A stretch of 64,000 bases of DNA from Hyphomicrobiales bacterium. Its GTDB lineage: Bacteria; Pseudomonadota; Alphaproteobacteria; Rhizobiales; Xanthobacteraceae. The notes beneath the pieces are model-generated. The model was given only the letters and a program-made list of their open reading frames with translations, was not told where the DNA came from and made no database searches. The translations under genes and the position numbers were made by a program. Location of the stretch: the NCBI GenBank assembly GCA_034669145.1, contig JAXDNY010000060.1:18555-82554 (forward strand), in the 5' to 3' direction. Each line of letters begins with the position of its first letter. Within the stretch, counting starts at the first letter, position 1. Shown one piece after another: positions 38,957 to 47,298 of the stretch.

Positions 38957-40168
38957 ATGTTCGCGTACGGTTGCAAGAGTACTGCTGTCATCGCGTTGAT
39001 GTTGGCTTGGCCGGCCGCGGTGTGGGCGCAAACGCCACCGCCACCGCAGCAGCCAGCGGCGGCGCGGCCGACGGCAGCAACCGGCGTCATCCCGCAAGTC
39101 TCCCGCGACCTCTCACAAGACACCCAGTTCCTCGCGCTTCTTCGCGCGCGCGATGGGCAGTTTGCGCTCGTCGGGGAGTTGAGACGAATAGTCACCTATC
39201 ATGACAACTTCCGGGGCCGACTGGAGCGCATCCTCAATAATCTTCAGGAGCCGCTCCCCCGTGAGCAACTGATCAATCAAGTCGATAAGGCTCTGACGCG
39301 CCTCCAGCAGTTCGAGTCCGAGGTCAAAAATGCCGAATCGGCCGACGCCAAGATGAAGCTCTACAGGGTATTCGAGGAAGAATACCCGGTCTTTCGCGCG
39401 GACCCCGGTGGCCCCAGGCGTACGGCTGAGTCCCGAGAGACCGAGCGAGCGCTTAGCGCCCAGAGGGATTTCGTGCAGCGTGAACGCACCAACGCCAACG
39501 AGGTCTTTCAGAATATCTCGCTTGAAAACCGGGACTGGCTCACGAAGTACGAAAAGCTGTTCGCGCAGATCGAGTTGAGGCTCAATGCGCTGACTACCGG
39601 CGCACTTCGCGTGGATCGGTTGCCGCCGGAATTTTTCCGCCTTTCCGGAGCAAGCTCGCAGGAGGCGCTCACGCCAGAGCAGCTCCAAATCGGCATCGAT
39701 CGGTATCGGGCCGCGCTCCGAAACACGCTCAGTGACGTCACCGCGGCTCCTCCGCCGCTGTCCTTCGATGCCATACGAACGCAGCTGGCGACCCAGATCG
39801 ACGGGCTCGGCCAAGAGCTGCATGCCAGATCGACCGAAGCAAGCGCCTATATCCACGATCTGGAGAAGAACATCTCCGCGACCGCCAAGTCCCTCTACGG
39901 CAACAAAGTCGGCGCAGACAGCTTCAATTACCTGCTCATCGTGTTCGCGCTGGTGTTCGCCGTGCTCATGGTGATGCCGAAGTTCTACGCCGAGAACGTG
40001 CAGATAAACATTCTGAAATCCGAATTCTTACTGCAATTCTCGACCGTTTTCGTGCTAATTGCGGCGATCATCATTCTTGGAATCGGCGAGCTCATCGACA
40101 AACAACAGCTGCCCGTGCTCTTGGCCGGTATTTCCGGCTACGTGCTAGGGCAACTTGGAAAGGTATGA
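38957..40168 (+). CDS. Orphan secreted/membrane-anchored coiled-coil protein (hypothetical)
   Basis: Internal ATG 38957 of ORF 38888..40168. Signal peptide, Pro/Gln-rich spacer, about 280 aa of helical/coiled-coil-like sequence and three C-terminal TM helices. GC falls to about 45-48% on the last lines. Confidence 0.6.
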   Translation: MFAYGCKSTAVIALMLAWPAAVWAQTPPPPQQPAAARPTAATGVIPQVSRDLSQDTQFLALLRARDGQFALVGELRRIVTYHDNFRGRLERILNNLQEPLPREQLINQVDKALTRLQQFESEVKNAESADAKMKLYRVFEEEYPVFRADPGGPRRTAESRETERALSAQRDFVQRERTNANEVFQNISLENRDWLTKYEKLFAQIELRLNALTTGALRVDRLPPEFFRLSGASSQEALTPEQLQIGIDRYRAALRNTLSDVTAAPPPLSFDAIRTQLATQIDGLGQELHARSTEASAYIHDLEKNISATAKSLYGNKVGADSFNYLLIVFALVFAVLMVMPKFYAENVQINILKSEFLLQFSTVFVLIAAIIILGIGELIDKQQLPVLLAGISGYVLGQLGKV

Positions 40169-40179
40169 ATTTGGTTGCC

Positions 40180-40196
40180 GCGCCGCCCGGAATGAC
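40180..40196. repeat. Solo terminal fragment of the MITE-like element (gcgccgcccggaatgac)
   Basis: Matches the right terminus of copy B (gcgccccggaatgac) apart from one extra base. It lies 12 nt after the stop of the orphan gene. I found no partner terminus. Confidence 0.45.
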
Positions 40197-40335
40197 GCGG
40201 CACGGCATGGAGTAGCAAGCGGCCGGCTTTCGCTAACGCTCTATTTGGACTCCTTGGACTCCGTGCTCCGCCCCCCCATTGCCCCTTCCCCTTCCCGGGC
40301 GCATCATCGCTCCTTCCCACCGGCGGAGGCCCTCC

Positions 40336-42075
40336 ATGCACGACATCGTCATTCGCGGCGGCAGCGTCATCGACGGGAGCGGCGCGCCCGCCTTCACCGG
40401 CGACATCGCGATATCCGGCGGCCGGATCGCCGCGGTCGGCGGCAAGCAAGGGCCGGCGCGGCGCGAGATAGACGCCGATGGGCTCCTGGTCACGCCCGGC
40501 TGGGTCGACGTGCACACCCACTACGATGGGCAGGCGATGTGGGACCCGCTGCTCGCGCCGTCGTGCTGGCATGGCGTCACCACGGTGATGTTCGGCAATT
40601 GCGGCGTCGGCTTCGCGCCGGTGAAGAAAGAGCATCACGGCGCGCTGATGGACCTGATGGAGGGCGTCGAGGAAATCCCCAATCCGGTGCTCGCCGCAGG
40701 GCTGAACTGGGAGTGGGAAACCTTCCCGCAATACATGAACGAGCTCGATCGGCGCGAACGCGCAATCGACATCGGCGCGCAGATCGCGCACCTGCCGCTG
40801 CGCGTCTACGTGATGGGCGACCGCGCGATCCGGCGCGAGCCCGCGACCCCCGATGACATTGCGAAGATGCGCGACCTCACCGTCGAGGCGCTGCAATGCG
40901 GCGCGTTCGGCTTCACCACCTCGCGCACCGACTCGCACAAGACGCCGGACGGCGATCTGGTCCCGTCGCGCGACGCCGACGATCATGAGTTGCTCGGCAT
41001 CGGTTCGGCAATGAGCGTCACCGGCACCGGCGCATTCGGGATGAATAGCGATTTCGACGACGAGGAATTCGAGCTGCGCTGGATGCGAAAGCTCGCCAAG
41101 GAAACCGGCCGGCCGATCTGGTTCCTGCTCACCGACCGCTATTCCGATCCGCAGCGCTGGCGCCGCCTGATGAAGGCGGTGCACGAGGCGCGCGCGCAAG
41201 GGCTCTCGCTCACCGCGCAGACGGCCGGCCGCCCGATCGGCGTGATGATGGGCATCGGGACGGCGCTCAACCCGTTCACCGTGCGTCCGACCTACAAGGC
41301 GCTCGAAAGCCTGCCCATCGAAGAGCAGCGCCGCCGCCTGCGCGATCCCGAGATGCGGCGGAAGATCCTCTCCGAGGAGCCCTCGGACGCTGAGGTCGCC
41401 AAGCTCGCGCAATTCCGTCAGGTCGTCGCCAAGCGCTTCGACAAGTTCTTTGTCATGGGCAACCCGCCGGACTATGAGCCGGGTCCCGAGAAGAGCGTCG
41501 CGGCGATCGCGCAGCGCGAAGGGCGCACGCCGGAGGAAGTCGCCTACGACTACATCCTCGAGGACGGGCAATTTCTCTACTTCCCGGTGGTGCACTACGT
41601 CACCGGTGACCACGAGCCGATCCGCGAGATGCTCAACGATCCCGGTGTGCTGCTCGGCCTCTCGGATGGGGGCGCGCATTGCACCTCGATCATCGATGCG
41701 GGCATGCCGAGCTACATGCTCACCCACTGGGGCCGCGACCGCACCCGCGGTCCGAAGCTGCCGCTGGAAATGCTGGTGAAGCGCCAGACCAGCGAGACCG
41801 CGAATTTCTTCGGGCTGACCGATCGCGGGCGCCTTGCGCCCGGGCTGCGCGCCGACGTGAACGTGATCGACTTTCACGGCATGCGGATGCAGAAACCCGA
41901 GCTGATCCACGACATGCCGGCGAACGGCCGGCGCTTCGTGCAGCGCGTGACCGGCTACGAGGCCACGCTGGTCGCGGGCCAGCCGATTTTCGAGCGCGGC
42001 GAGCATACCGGCGCGCTGCCCGGCAAGCTGGTGCGAGCGGGGCATGACACACGGAGCCTGCAAGCGGCAGAGTAA
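40336..42075 (+). CDS. Amidohydrolase-superfamily N-acyl-D-amino-acid deacylase (D-aminoacylase)-like protein
   Basis: Internal ATG 40336. IRGGSVIDGSG, LLVTPGWVDVHTHYDG (HxH metal motif) and LSDGGAHC. Confidence 0.8.
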   Translation: MHDIVIRGGSVIDGSGAPAFTGDIAISGGRIAAVGGKQGPARREIDADGLLVTPGWVDVHTHYDGQAMWDPLLAPSCWHGVTTVMFGNCGVGFAPVKKEHHGALMDLMEGVEEIPNPVLAAGLNWEWETFPQYMNELDRRERAIDIGAQIAHLPLRVYVMGDRAIRREPATPDDIAKMRDLTVEALQCGAFGFTTSRTDSHKTPDGDLVPSRDADDHELLGIGSAMSVTGTGAFGMNSDFDDEEFELRWMRKLAKETGRPIWFLLTDRYSDPQRWRRLMKAVHEARAQGLSLTAQTAGRPIGVMMGIGTALNPFTVRPTYKALESLPIEEQRRRLRDPEMRRKILSEEPSDAEVAKLAQFRQVVAKRFDKFFVMGNPPDYEPGPEKSVAAIAQREGRTPEEVAYDYILEDGQFLYFPVVHYVTGDHEPIREMLNDPGVLLGLSDGGAHCTSIIDAGMPSYMLTHWGRDRTRGPKLPLEMLVKRQTSETANFFGLTDRGRLAPGLRADVNVIDFHGMRMQKPELIHDMPANGRRFVQRVTGYEATLVAGQPIFERGEHTGALPGKLVRAGHDTRSLQAAE

Positions 42076-42119
42076 CGACGCGCGTTGATCGCAACGGCTT
42101 TTCCTGCTTGATTGCGGCG

Positions 42120-43109
42120 ATGTCCGCCGCTGCGACTCACGACGTATCGACCCTCGCCCGCAAACTACGCGGCGGCGACCGCGCGACGCTCGCGCGCGCC
42201 ATCACGCTGGTGGAGAGCAAGCGCGCCGACCATCAGCAGGCCGCGCACCGCCTGGTGCAGGAACTGCTCGCCGAAACCGGGAAGGCGGTGCGCGTCGGCA
42301 TCACCGGCTCTCCCGGCGTCGGCAAGTCGACCACGATCGACGCGCTCGGCACGTCGCTGACGGAGAAAGGGCACAAGGTCGCGGTGCTGGCGGTGGACCC
42401 GTCGTCCACCCGCACCGGCGGCTCGATCCTCGGCGACAAGACCCGCATGGCGCGGCTCGCGGTCGACCCGAACGCCTTCATTCGCCCTTCGCCCGCCGCC
42501 GGCACACTCGGCGGCGTCGCCGCCAAGACACGCGAGACGATGCTGATCTGCGAGGCCGCGGGCTTCGACGTGATTCTGGTCGAGACCGTCGGCATCGGAC
42601 AATCGGAGACCGCGGTCGCCGACATGACGGACTTCTTCCTCGTGCTGATGCTGCCCGGCGCGGGCGACGAATTGCAGGGGATCAAGAAGGGCGTGGTCGA
42701 GCTCGCCGACATGATCGCCGTCAACAAGGCCGACGGCGACAATGTGAAGCGCGCCAGTGCGGCGGCGGGCGAATACCGCGCGGCGCTGCATATCCTCACC
42801 CCGCGCTCGCCCACCTGGGCGCCGCCGGTCGTGACCTATTCGGCGCTCACCGAAGACGGCATCGCACTACTATGGGACCAGGTGCTGGCGCATCGCCAGC
42901 AGCTTGCCGCCTCGGGCGAGTTCGCGGCGCGGCGGCGCGAGCAGCAGGTCAAATGGATGTGGGCGATGCTGGAAGACCGATTCCACTTGCGCCTGAAGAC
43001 CGACGCCAAACTCAAGGCGCGCCTGCCGGCGATCGAGAAATCGGTGGCCGACGGAACGCTCGCGCCCGCGCTCGCGGTGGAAGAGATCGCGGCGGCGCTG
43101 GGTGTATAG
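42120..43109 (+). CDS. meaB: Methylmalonyl-CoA mutase-associated G-protein chaperone MeaB/ArgK
   Basis: ORF 42108..43109 (TTG 42108; ATG 42120 preferred). Walker A GSPGVGKST, DPSS..TGGSILGDKTRM, VETVGIGQSE and NKAD. Confidence 0.9.
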   Translation: MSAAATHDVSTLARKLRGGDRATLARAITLVESKRADHQQAAHRLVQELLAETGKAVRVGITGSPGVGKSTTIDALGTSLTEKGHKVAVLAVDPSSTRTGGSILGDKTRMARLAVDPNAFIRPSPAAGTLGGVAAKTRETMLICEAAGFDVILVETVGIGQSETAVADMTDFFLVLMLPGAGDELQGIKKGVVELADMIAVNKADGDNVKRASAAAGEYRAALHILTPRSPTWAPPVVTYSALTEDGIALLWDQVLAHRQQLAASGEFAARRREQQVKWMWAMLEDRFHLRLKTDAKLKARLPAIEKSVADGTLAPALAVEEIAAALGV

Positions 43110-43111
43110 CA

Positions 43112-44062
43112 ATGGCCGCTGGTTCCGGATCACGCAAAGTCATCTACGCAGCACTCGCCGGCAATCTGCTGGTCGCGCTCACCAAGTTCGTGGCCGCGTG
43201 GTGGACCGGCAGTTCGGCGATGCTGAGCGAGGGTGTGCATTCGGTGGTCGACACATCGAACCAGATCCTGCTGCTGTACGGCATCCGGCGCTCCACCAAA
43301 CCGCGCGATGAGGATCATCCGCTTGGCTATGGGCGCGAACTCTATTTCTGGAGCTTCATCGTCGCGGTGTTGATCTTCTCGCTCGGCGCGGGCGTGGCGT
43401 TCTTCGAAGGCGTCTCGCATATCCGGGCGCCGGTGCCGATCACCGACCCGATTGTGAACTACGTCGTACTCGGCATCTCGTTCGTGTTCGAGGGCACGAC
43501 GCTCATCATCGCGCTGAAGGAGTTCAACAAGACACGCGGTTCGCTCGGCTACATCGGGGCTGTCGAGGAGAGCAAGGACCCGCCGTCCTTCCTCGTGCTG
43601 TTCGAGGATTCGGCCGCGCTGGTCGGCATCGTGATCGCGTTTGCCGGCACGGCCGCCGCGCAGGTCTTCGCGATGCCGGTGCTCGATGGCGTAGCGTCGC
43701 TCGGGATCAGTCTGGTGCTCGCCGTCACGGCGACATTCCTCGCACGCGAGAGCAAGAGCCTGCTGATCGGCGAAGGCGCGCGGGCGCGCACGATGCGCTC
43801 GATCCGCCAGATCGCCGCCGAGCAGCCGGGCGTCGAGCGCGTGAACGATCTCATCACCGTGCACCTCGCGCCGCAGCAGGTGGTCGCGGCGCTCAGCCTC
43901 GAATTCAAAGACGAGTTGACGACGCCGCAGATCGAGCAGGCGGTCGTGGCGATCGAAGGCCGCATCTGCTCGCAGAACCCGGAGGTGTACACGATCTTCA
44001 TCAAGCCGCAGTCGAGCAGCACGCGTGACCGGCGAGCGCAACCCGCGGCGGCCCGCACATGA
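43112..44062 (+). CDS. Cation diffusion facilitator (CDF) family metal efflux transporter
   Basis: Internal ATG 43112 of ORF 42872..44062. LSEGVHSVVDT, six TM helices and a C-terminal cytoplasmic domain (VHLAPQQVVAALSLEF). Confidence 0.8.
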   Translation: MAAGSGSRKVIYAALAGNLLVALTKFVAAWWTGSSAMLSEGVHSVVDTSNQILLLYGIRRSTKPRDEDHPLGYGRELYFWSFIVAVLIFSLGAGVAFFEGVSHIRAPVPITDPIVNYVVLGISFVFEGTTLIIALKEFNKTRGSLGYIGAVEESKDPPSFLVLFEDSAALVGIVIAFAGTAAAQVFAMPVLDGVASLGISLVLAVTATFLARESKSLLIGEGARARTMRSIRQIAAEQPGVERVNDLITVHLAPQQVVAALSLEFKDELTTPQIEQAVVAIEGRICSQNPEVYTIFIKPQSSSTRDRRAQPAAART

Positions 44063-44676
44063 CGACGGTGCTTATCACCGGCTTTGGACGTTTTCCCGGC
44101 GCGCCGTCCAATCCGAGCGGACCGCTTGCGCTGGCGCTCGCGAAGCGGCGGCGGCCCGCATTTGCGGATGTTCGCCGCGCGGCGCATGTCTTCGAGACGA
44201 GCTACGCGGCGGTCGACCGCGATCTGCCGAAGCTGATCGCGAAGCACAAGCCCGACATCGTGCTGATGTTCGGGCTTGCGGCGCGCACGCCGTTCGTGCG
44301 CGTCGAGACCCGCGCGCGCAACGCAATGTCGATCCTGTTTCCCGACGTGACGGGCTTCCGCCCGGCCGGCCGGGCGATTGCGCCCGACAAGCCCCCGCTG
44401 CGCGGCGCCGCGCCTTTTGCACGCCTGCTCGGGGCGGCGCGGGCGACCGGAACACGCACCCGCATGTCGCGCGATGCCGGGCGGTATCTTTGCAACTACG
44501 TCTATTGGCGCACGCTCGAAGCGTCCCGATCCGGCACGCTGGCGCAGTTCATTCATATCCCGCCGGTCGCAAAACGGCCGCGGCCGCCGGGTGGAAAACG
44601 CCGCGCCTCGCACGCGGCGCTGGTGCGCACCGGAGAGGCCATTCTGCTCGCGCTGCTGGCCGCCCACCGCCGTTAA
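44059..44676 (+). CDS. Peptidase C15 (pyroglutamyl-peptidase I)-like protein
   Basis: ATGA overlap with the CDF gene. ITGFGRFPG, DAGRYLCNYVYW (Cys) and FIHIP (His). Confidence 0.75.
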   Translation: MTTVLITGFGRFPGAPSNPSGPLALALAKRRRPAFADVRRAAHVFETSYAAVDRDLPKLIAKHKPDIVLMFGLAARTPFVRVETRARNAMSILFPDVTGFRPAGRAIAPDKPPLRGAAPFARLLGAARATGTRTRMSRDAGRYLCNYVYWRTLEASRSGTLAQFIHIPPVAKRPRPPGGKRRASHAALVRTGEAILLALLAAHRR

Positions 44677-44685
44677 CCTGAATGC

Positions 44686-44706
44686 GCTGTGCCGCGACGG
44701 CACAGC
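44686..44706 (+). terminator. Weak candidate terminator hairpin after the pcp-like gene
   Basis: Perfect 9-bp stem gctgtgccg/cggcacagc with loop cga. The T-run (gtttctt) begins 12 nt downstream, so this is not a canonical terminator. Confidence 0.3.
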
Positions 44707-44730
44707 CGCGGCGGCGCGTTTCTTGAACCT

Positions 44731-44755
44731 GCGATCCCTCACATCGAGGGATCGC
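44731..44755 (+). promoter_or_regulatory. Perfect 10-bp hairpin that includes the Shine-Dalgarno sequence of the downstream TAT beta-helix gene
   Basis: gcgatccctc - acatc - gagggatcgc. The right arm contains GAGGGA, 5 nt before ATG 44757. Confidence 0.5.
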
Positions 44756-44756
44756 C

Positions 44757-46133
44757 ATGGCCATCGACCGCCGCCATTTCATCGGAGCCACCGCCGCAAC
44801 CGGCGCGTTCACCGTGACCGAAGCCGCCGCCACCACGCCGCCCACAACCGGAACCGTCCCGGTGTCGGGGCTTGGCGTTGAAGCCATTCATCTTGGCGTT
44901 CGCTTCAACGGCACCGAAGACCAGACCGAGGCGTTGCAACGCGCGATCGACCGCACCGCCGGCGCCCGCCTGCCACTCATTCTGGCCCCCGGCGTCTATC
45001 GCGCACGCGGCCTTGTGCTCCCGACGGGTGCACGGCTGACCGGCGTGCCGGGTGCGACGCGCATCGTCGCAACCGACAATGCGCCGATCATCGTCGCGCG
45101 CGGCACCGACTACATTCTACTCTCCGGAATCATCTTCGACGGTAGCGGCAAGACGCTTCCCGAGAAGAGCGGCCTGATCCAGATCGCGGCCGGCCGCGGC
45201 ATCGCGATCCGCGATTGCGAAGTGCTCGGCTCGGGCCGCAACGGCATCGTGCTCGAAGGCATCGAGGGCGAAGTGACCACAACGACGGTCACCGGTGCGC
45301 TCGGCACGGCGATCCTTTCGCTCGATGCGCGCGGCCTCGTGATCGCGCGCAACACGATCCGCAACGCGGCGAACAACGGCATTCAGGTGTGGCGCTCGCA
45401 GGCGGGGGATGACGGCACGCAGGTGCTCGACAACCGCATCGAGGACACCGCCGCGCAAGGCGGCGGCTCGGGGCAGAACGGCAACGCCATCAACGTGTTT
45501 CGCGCACACAACGTGACCGTGCGCGGCAACCGCATCCGCAATGCGGCGTTCTCGGCCGTGCGGGGCAACGCGGCGTCGAACATCCAGATCACCAACAACA
45601 CCTGCACCGGGCTCGGCGAGGTCGCGATCTATGCGGAGTTCGGCTTCGAGGGCGCGGTGATCGCCAACAACACCGTGGACGGCGCCTCGATCGGCATTGC
45701 GGTCACGAACTTCAATCAAGGCGGTCGGCTTGCCGTCGTGCAGGGCAATCTCATCCGCAATCTGGTGACGCGCCGCCCGGCCGGCACCGACCCGAACGAC
45801 GGCAACGGCATCGGAATCGGCGTCGAAGCAGACACCGCAGTGACCGGCAACATCATCGAGAACGCGCCGGTCGCCGGCATCTCGGTCGGCTGGGGACAAT
45901 ATCTGCGCGACGTCAGCGTGACCGGCAACGTGGTGCGCGGCGCGGGCGTCGGCATCGCAGTGTCGGTGACGCCGGGCGCGGGGTCCGCGGTCATCGCCGA
46001 CAATCTGATCGCGGCGGTGAAGAACGGCGCGATCGTCGGCATGGACCAGCGCAAGGCGATGACCGGCGATCTCGCGCGCGACGGCGCGGCGCGCTACGCG
46101 CAGCTTGCCATCAACGGCAACCGGGTGCGCTAG
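44757..46133 (+). CDS. TAT-exported right-handed beta-helix repeat protein (TIGR03808-like)
   Basis: Twin-arginine signal (DRRHFIGATAATGA). Multiple parallel beta-helix repeats (IRNAANNGIQV, VRGNRIRNAAFSAV, ITNNTC, VIANNTVDGASIGI). Confidence 0.75.
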   Translation: MAIDRRHFIGATAATGAFTVTEAAATTPPTTGTVPVSGLGVEAIHLGVRFNGTEDQTEALQRAIDRTAGARLPLILAPGVYRARGLVLPTGARLTGVPGATRIVATDNAPIIVARGTDYILLSGIIFDGSGKTLPEKSGLIQIAAGRGIAIRDCEVLGSGRNGIVLEGIEGEVTTTTVTGALGTAILSLDARGLVIARNTIRNAANNGIQVWRSQAGDDGTQVLDNRIEDTAAQGGGSGQNGNAINVFRAHNVTVRGNRIRNAAFSAVRGNAASNIQITNNTCTGLGEVAIYAEFGFEGAVIANNTVDGASIGIAVTNFNQGGRLAVVQGNLIRNLVTRRPAGTDPNDGNGIGIGVEADTAVTGNIIENAPVAGISVGWGQYLRDVSVTGNVVRGAGVGIAVSVTPGAGSAVIADNLIAAVKNGAIVGMDQRKAMTGDLARDGAARYAQLAINGNRVR

Positions 46134-46900
46134 GCCCGGTCCCACGTCAGCCCGGCGATGCGCGGATCGGCCGCAAAGGCATCGCGCGCAAACTCCAATC
46201 GCGCGTCGGGAAACTCGCAAATCGCTCGCGCTCCGGTCGCGCCAAACTGGATGCACCACGTCTGCCGCTCGATCGGCTGCTCTGACACAAAACCCGCGCA
46301 GCTCAGAATCGCGACGTTCGCTCCGTGAGCCGGATCGCGCACGGACTCGGAGCGGATCACCTCAATAGCGGCCTCGCGTGCCGCATCGGCGAGCGCCTGA
46401 CAGGGTGCGCAGTCCGTGAGGTGCGTCCACGCGGTTCTGTCCGCCGACAAGGGTGGCGACATCAGATCGAGCGCCCGCTTCGTCCGGTACCTGACGGAGA
46501 ATGCGGTGAACTCCGCGGCATTCGCGGGCCAGGGAGTTGAGGGCGACTCGGCGAAGAACAACAGCCGGTGGAACGCCGTTTCGGCAATCGCCGTATCGGG
46601 CCGCGCCGAGCCGTAGAAGACGCCAGGCGTCAGCCCGGCGCGGCGGAAACGCGAGCCGCGCGGATAGGGCGATCCATAGCGGAACGGCGTCGCCAGCAAA
46701 TAATGCAAATGCCGGCATTCGGGCGGCACCGGCGGCTTGCTCTGCTCGATCAGGCTTTCCAGCAAGGTCTGTTCGGCGAGCGTATCGACGAGCTTGAGCG
46801 TGGATACGCGGTGCTGCGCCTCGACCAGCCGCCAGCAAAGCCCCGAAAGCGCGCGGCACTCAGACGACAGCGCGCCGGGCGTCCAGGTATGCGATGACAT
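46130..46900 (-). CDS. RES-domain toxin (NAD+-targeting RES family)
   Basis: 256-aa ORF. PYPRGSRFRRAG...GVFYGS...AIAETAF fits the R-E-S region. It lies downstream of an Xre/DUF2384 antitoxin gene. The start overlaps the antitoxin by 41 nt if ATG 46900 is used. Confidence 0.75.
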   Translation of the reverse strand: MSSHTWTPGALSSECRALSGLCWRLVEAQHRVSTLKLVDTLAEQTLLESLIEQSKPPVPPECRHLHYLLATPFRYGSPYPRGSRFRRAGLTPGVFYGSARPDTAIAETAFHRLLFFAESPSTPWPANAAEFTAFSVRYRTKRALDLMSPPLSADRTAWTHLTDCAPCQALADAAREAAIEVIRSESVRDPAHGANVAILSCAGFVSEQPIERQTWCIQFGATGARAICEFPDARLEFARDAFAADPRIAGLTWDRA

Positions 46901-47240
46901 TGACGAGACCCTGAACGGTTTGCACCAGCGTCAGCGGGGGTCCGCCGAGCGCGGTATTGTCGTTGCGCAGCCACGAGCGCGCGACAGAGTCGTCGCCGCC
47001 GGTGATCGCATCGAGCGAGCGATAGAGGCGAACAAGAAGCACCGACAGTTCAAACGGCTTTTCGTTCGGGGCGAGCATGTAGCGGCCGGTCCCCATGCGC
47101 GATATCGTGGCCTCCGACAGCCCGATGATGCTGCCGACGGTCTTGTTCGACAGACCCAGCCGCTCGGCCGCGCGCAACGTCGCCTTGGTGACTGTCGGCC
47201 CCTGTTCGATCGCGGTTTTTGCCGGTTGGCGCTTGTGCAT
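46860..47240 (-). CDS. Xre-family antitoxin with DUF2384 (MbcA/ParS-type) toxin-binding domain
   Basis: ORF 46860..47261; ATG 47240 is preferred (AAAGAG upstream). HTH LGLSNKTVGSIIGLSEATISRM. C-terminal WLRNDNTALGGPPLTLVQTVQGLVNVIAYLD. Confidence 0.75.
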   Translation of the reverse strand: MHKRQPAKTAIEQGPTVTKATLRAAERLGLSNKTVGSIIGLSEATISRMGTGRYMLAPNEKPFELSVLLVRLYRSLDAITGGDDSVARSWLRNDNTALGGPPLTLVQTVQGLVNVIAYLDARRAVV

Positions 47241-47261
47241 GGCTGGCTCTTTCTGTAGCAT

Positions 47262-47282
47262 GATTTATATATAATAATTTCC
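47262..47282. promoter_or_regulatory. Extremely AT-rich block (gatttatatataataatttcc) in the divergent Xre-RES / CoA-transferase spacer
   Basis: 20 of its first 21 nt are A/T, in a genome of about 65% GC. It sits directly upstream of the antitoxin start. Candidate -10/operator region; not shown. Confidence 0.35.
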
Positions 47283-47298
47283 TGTGAAAGACAAGCCG

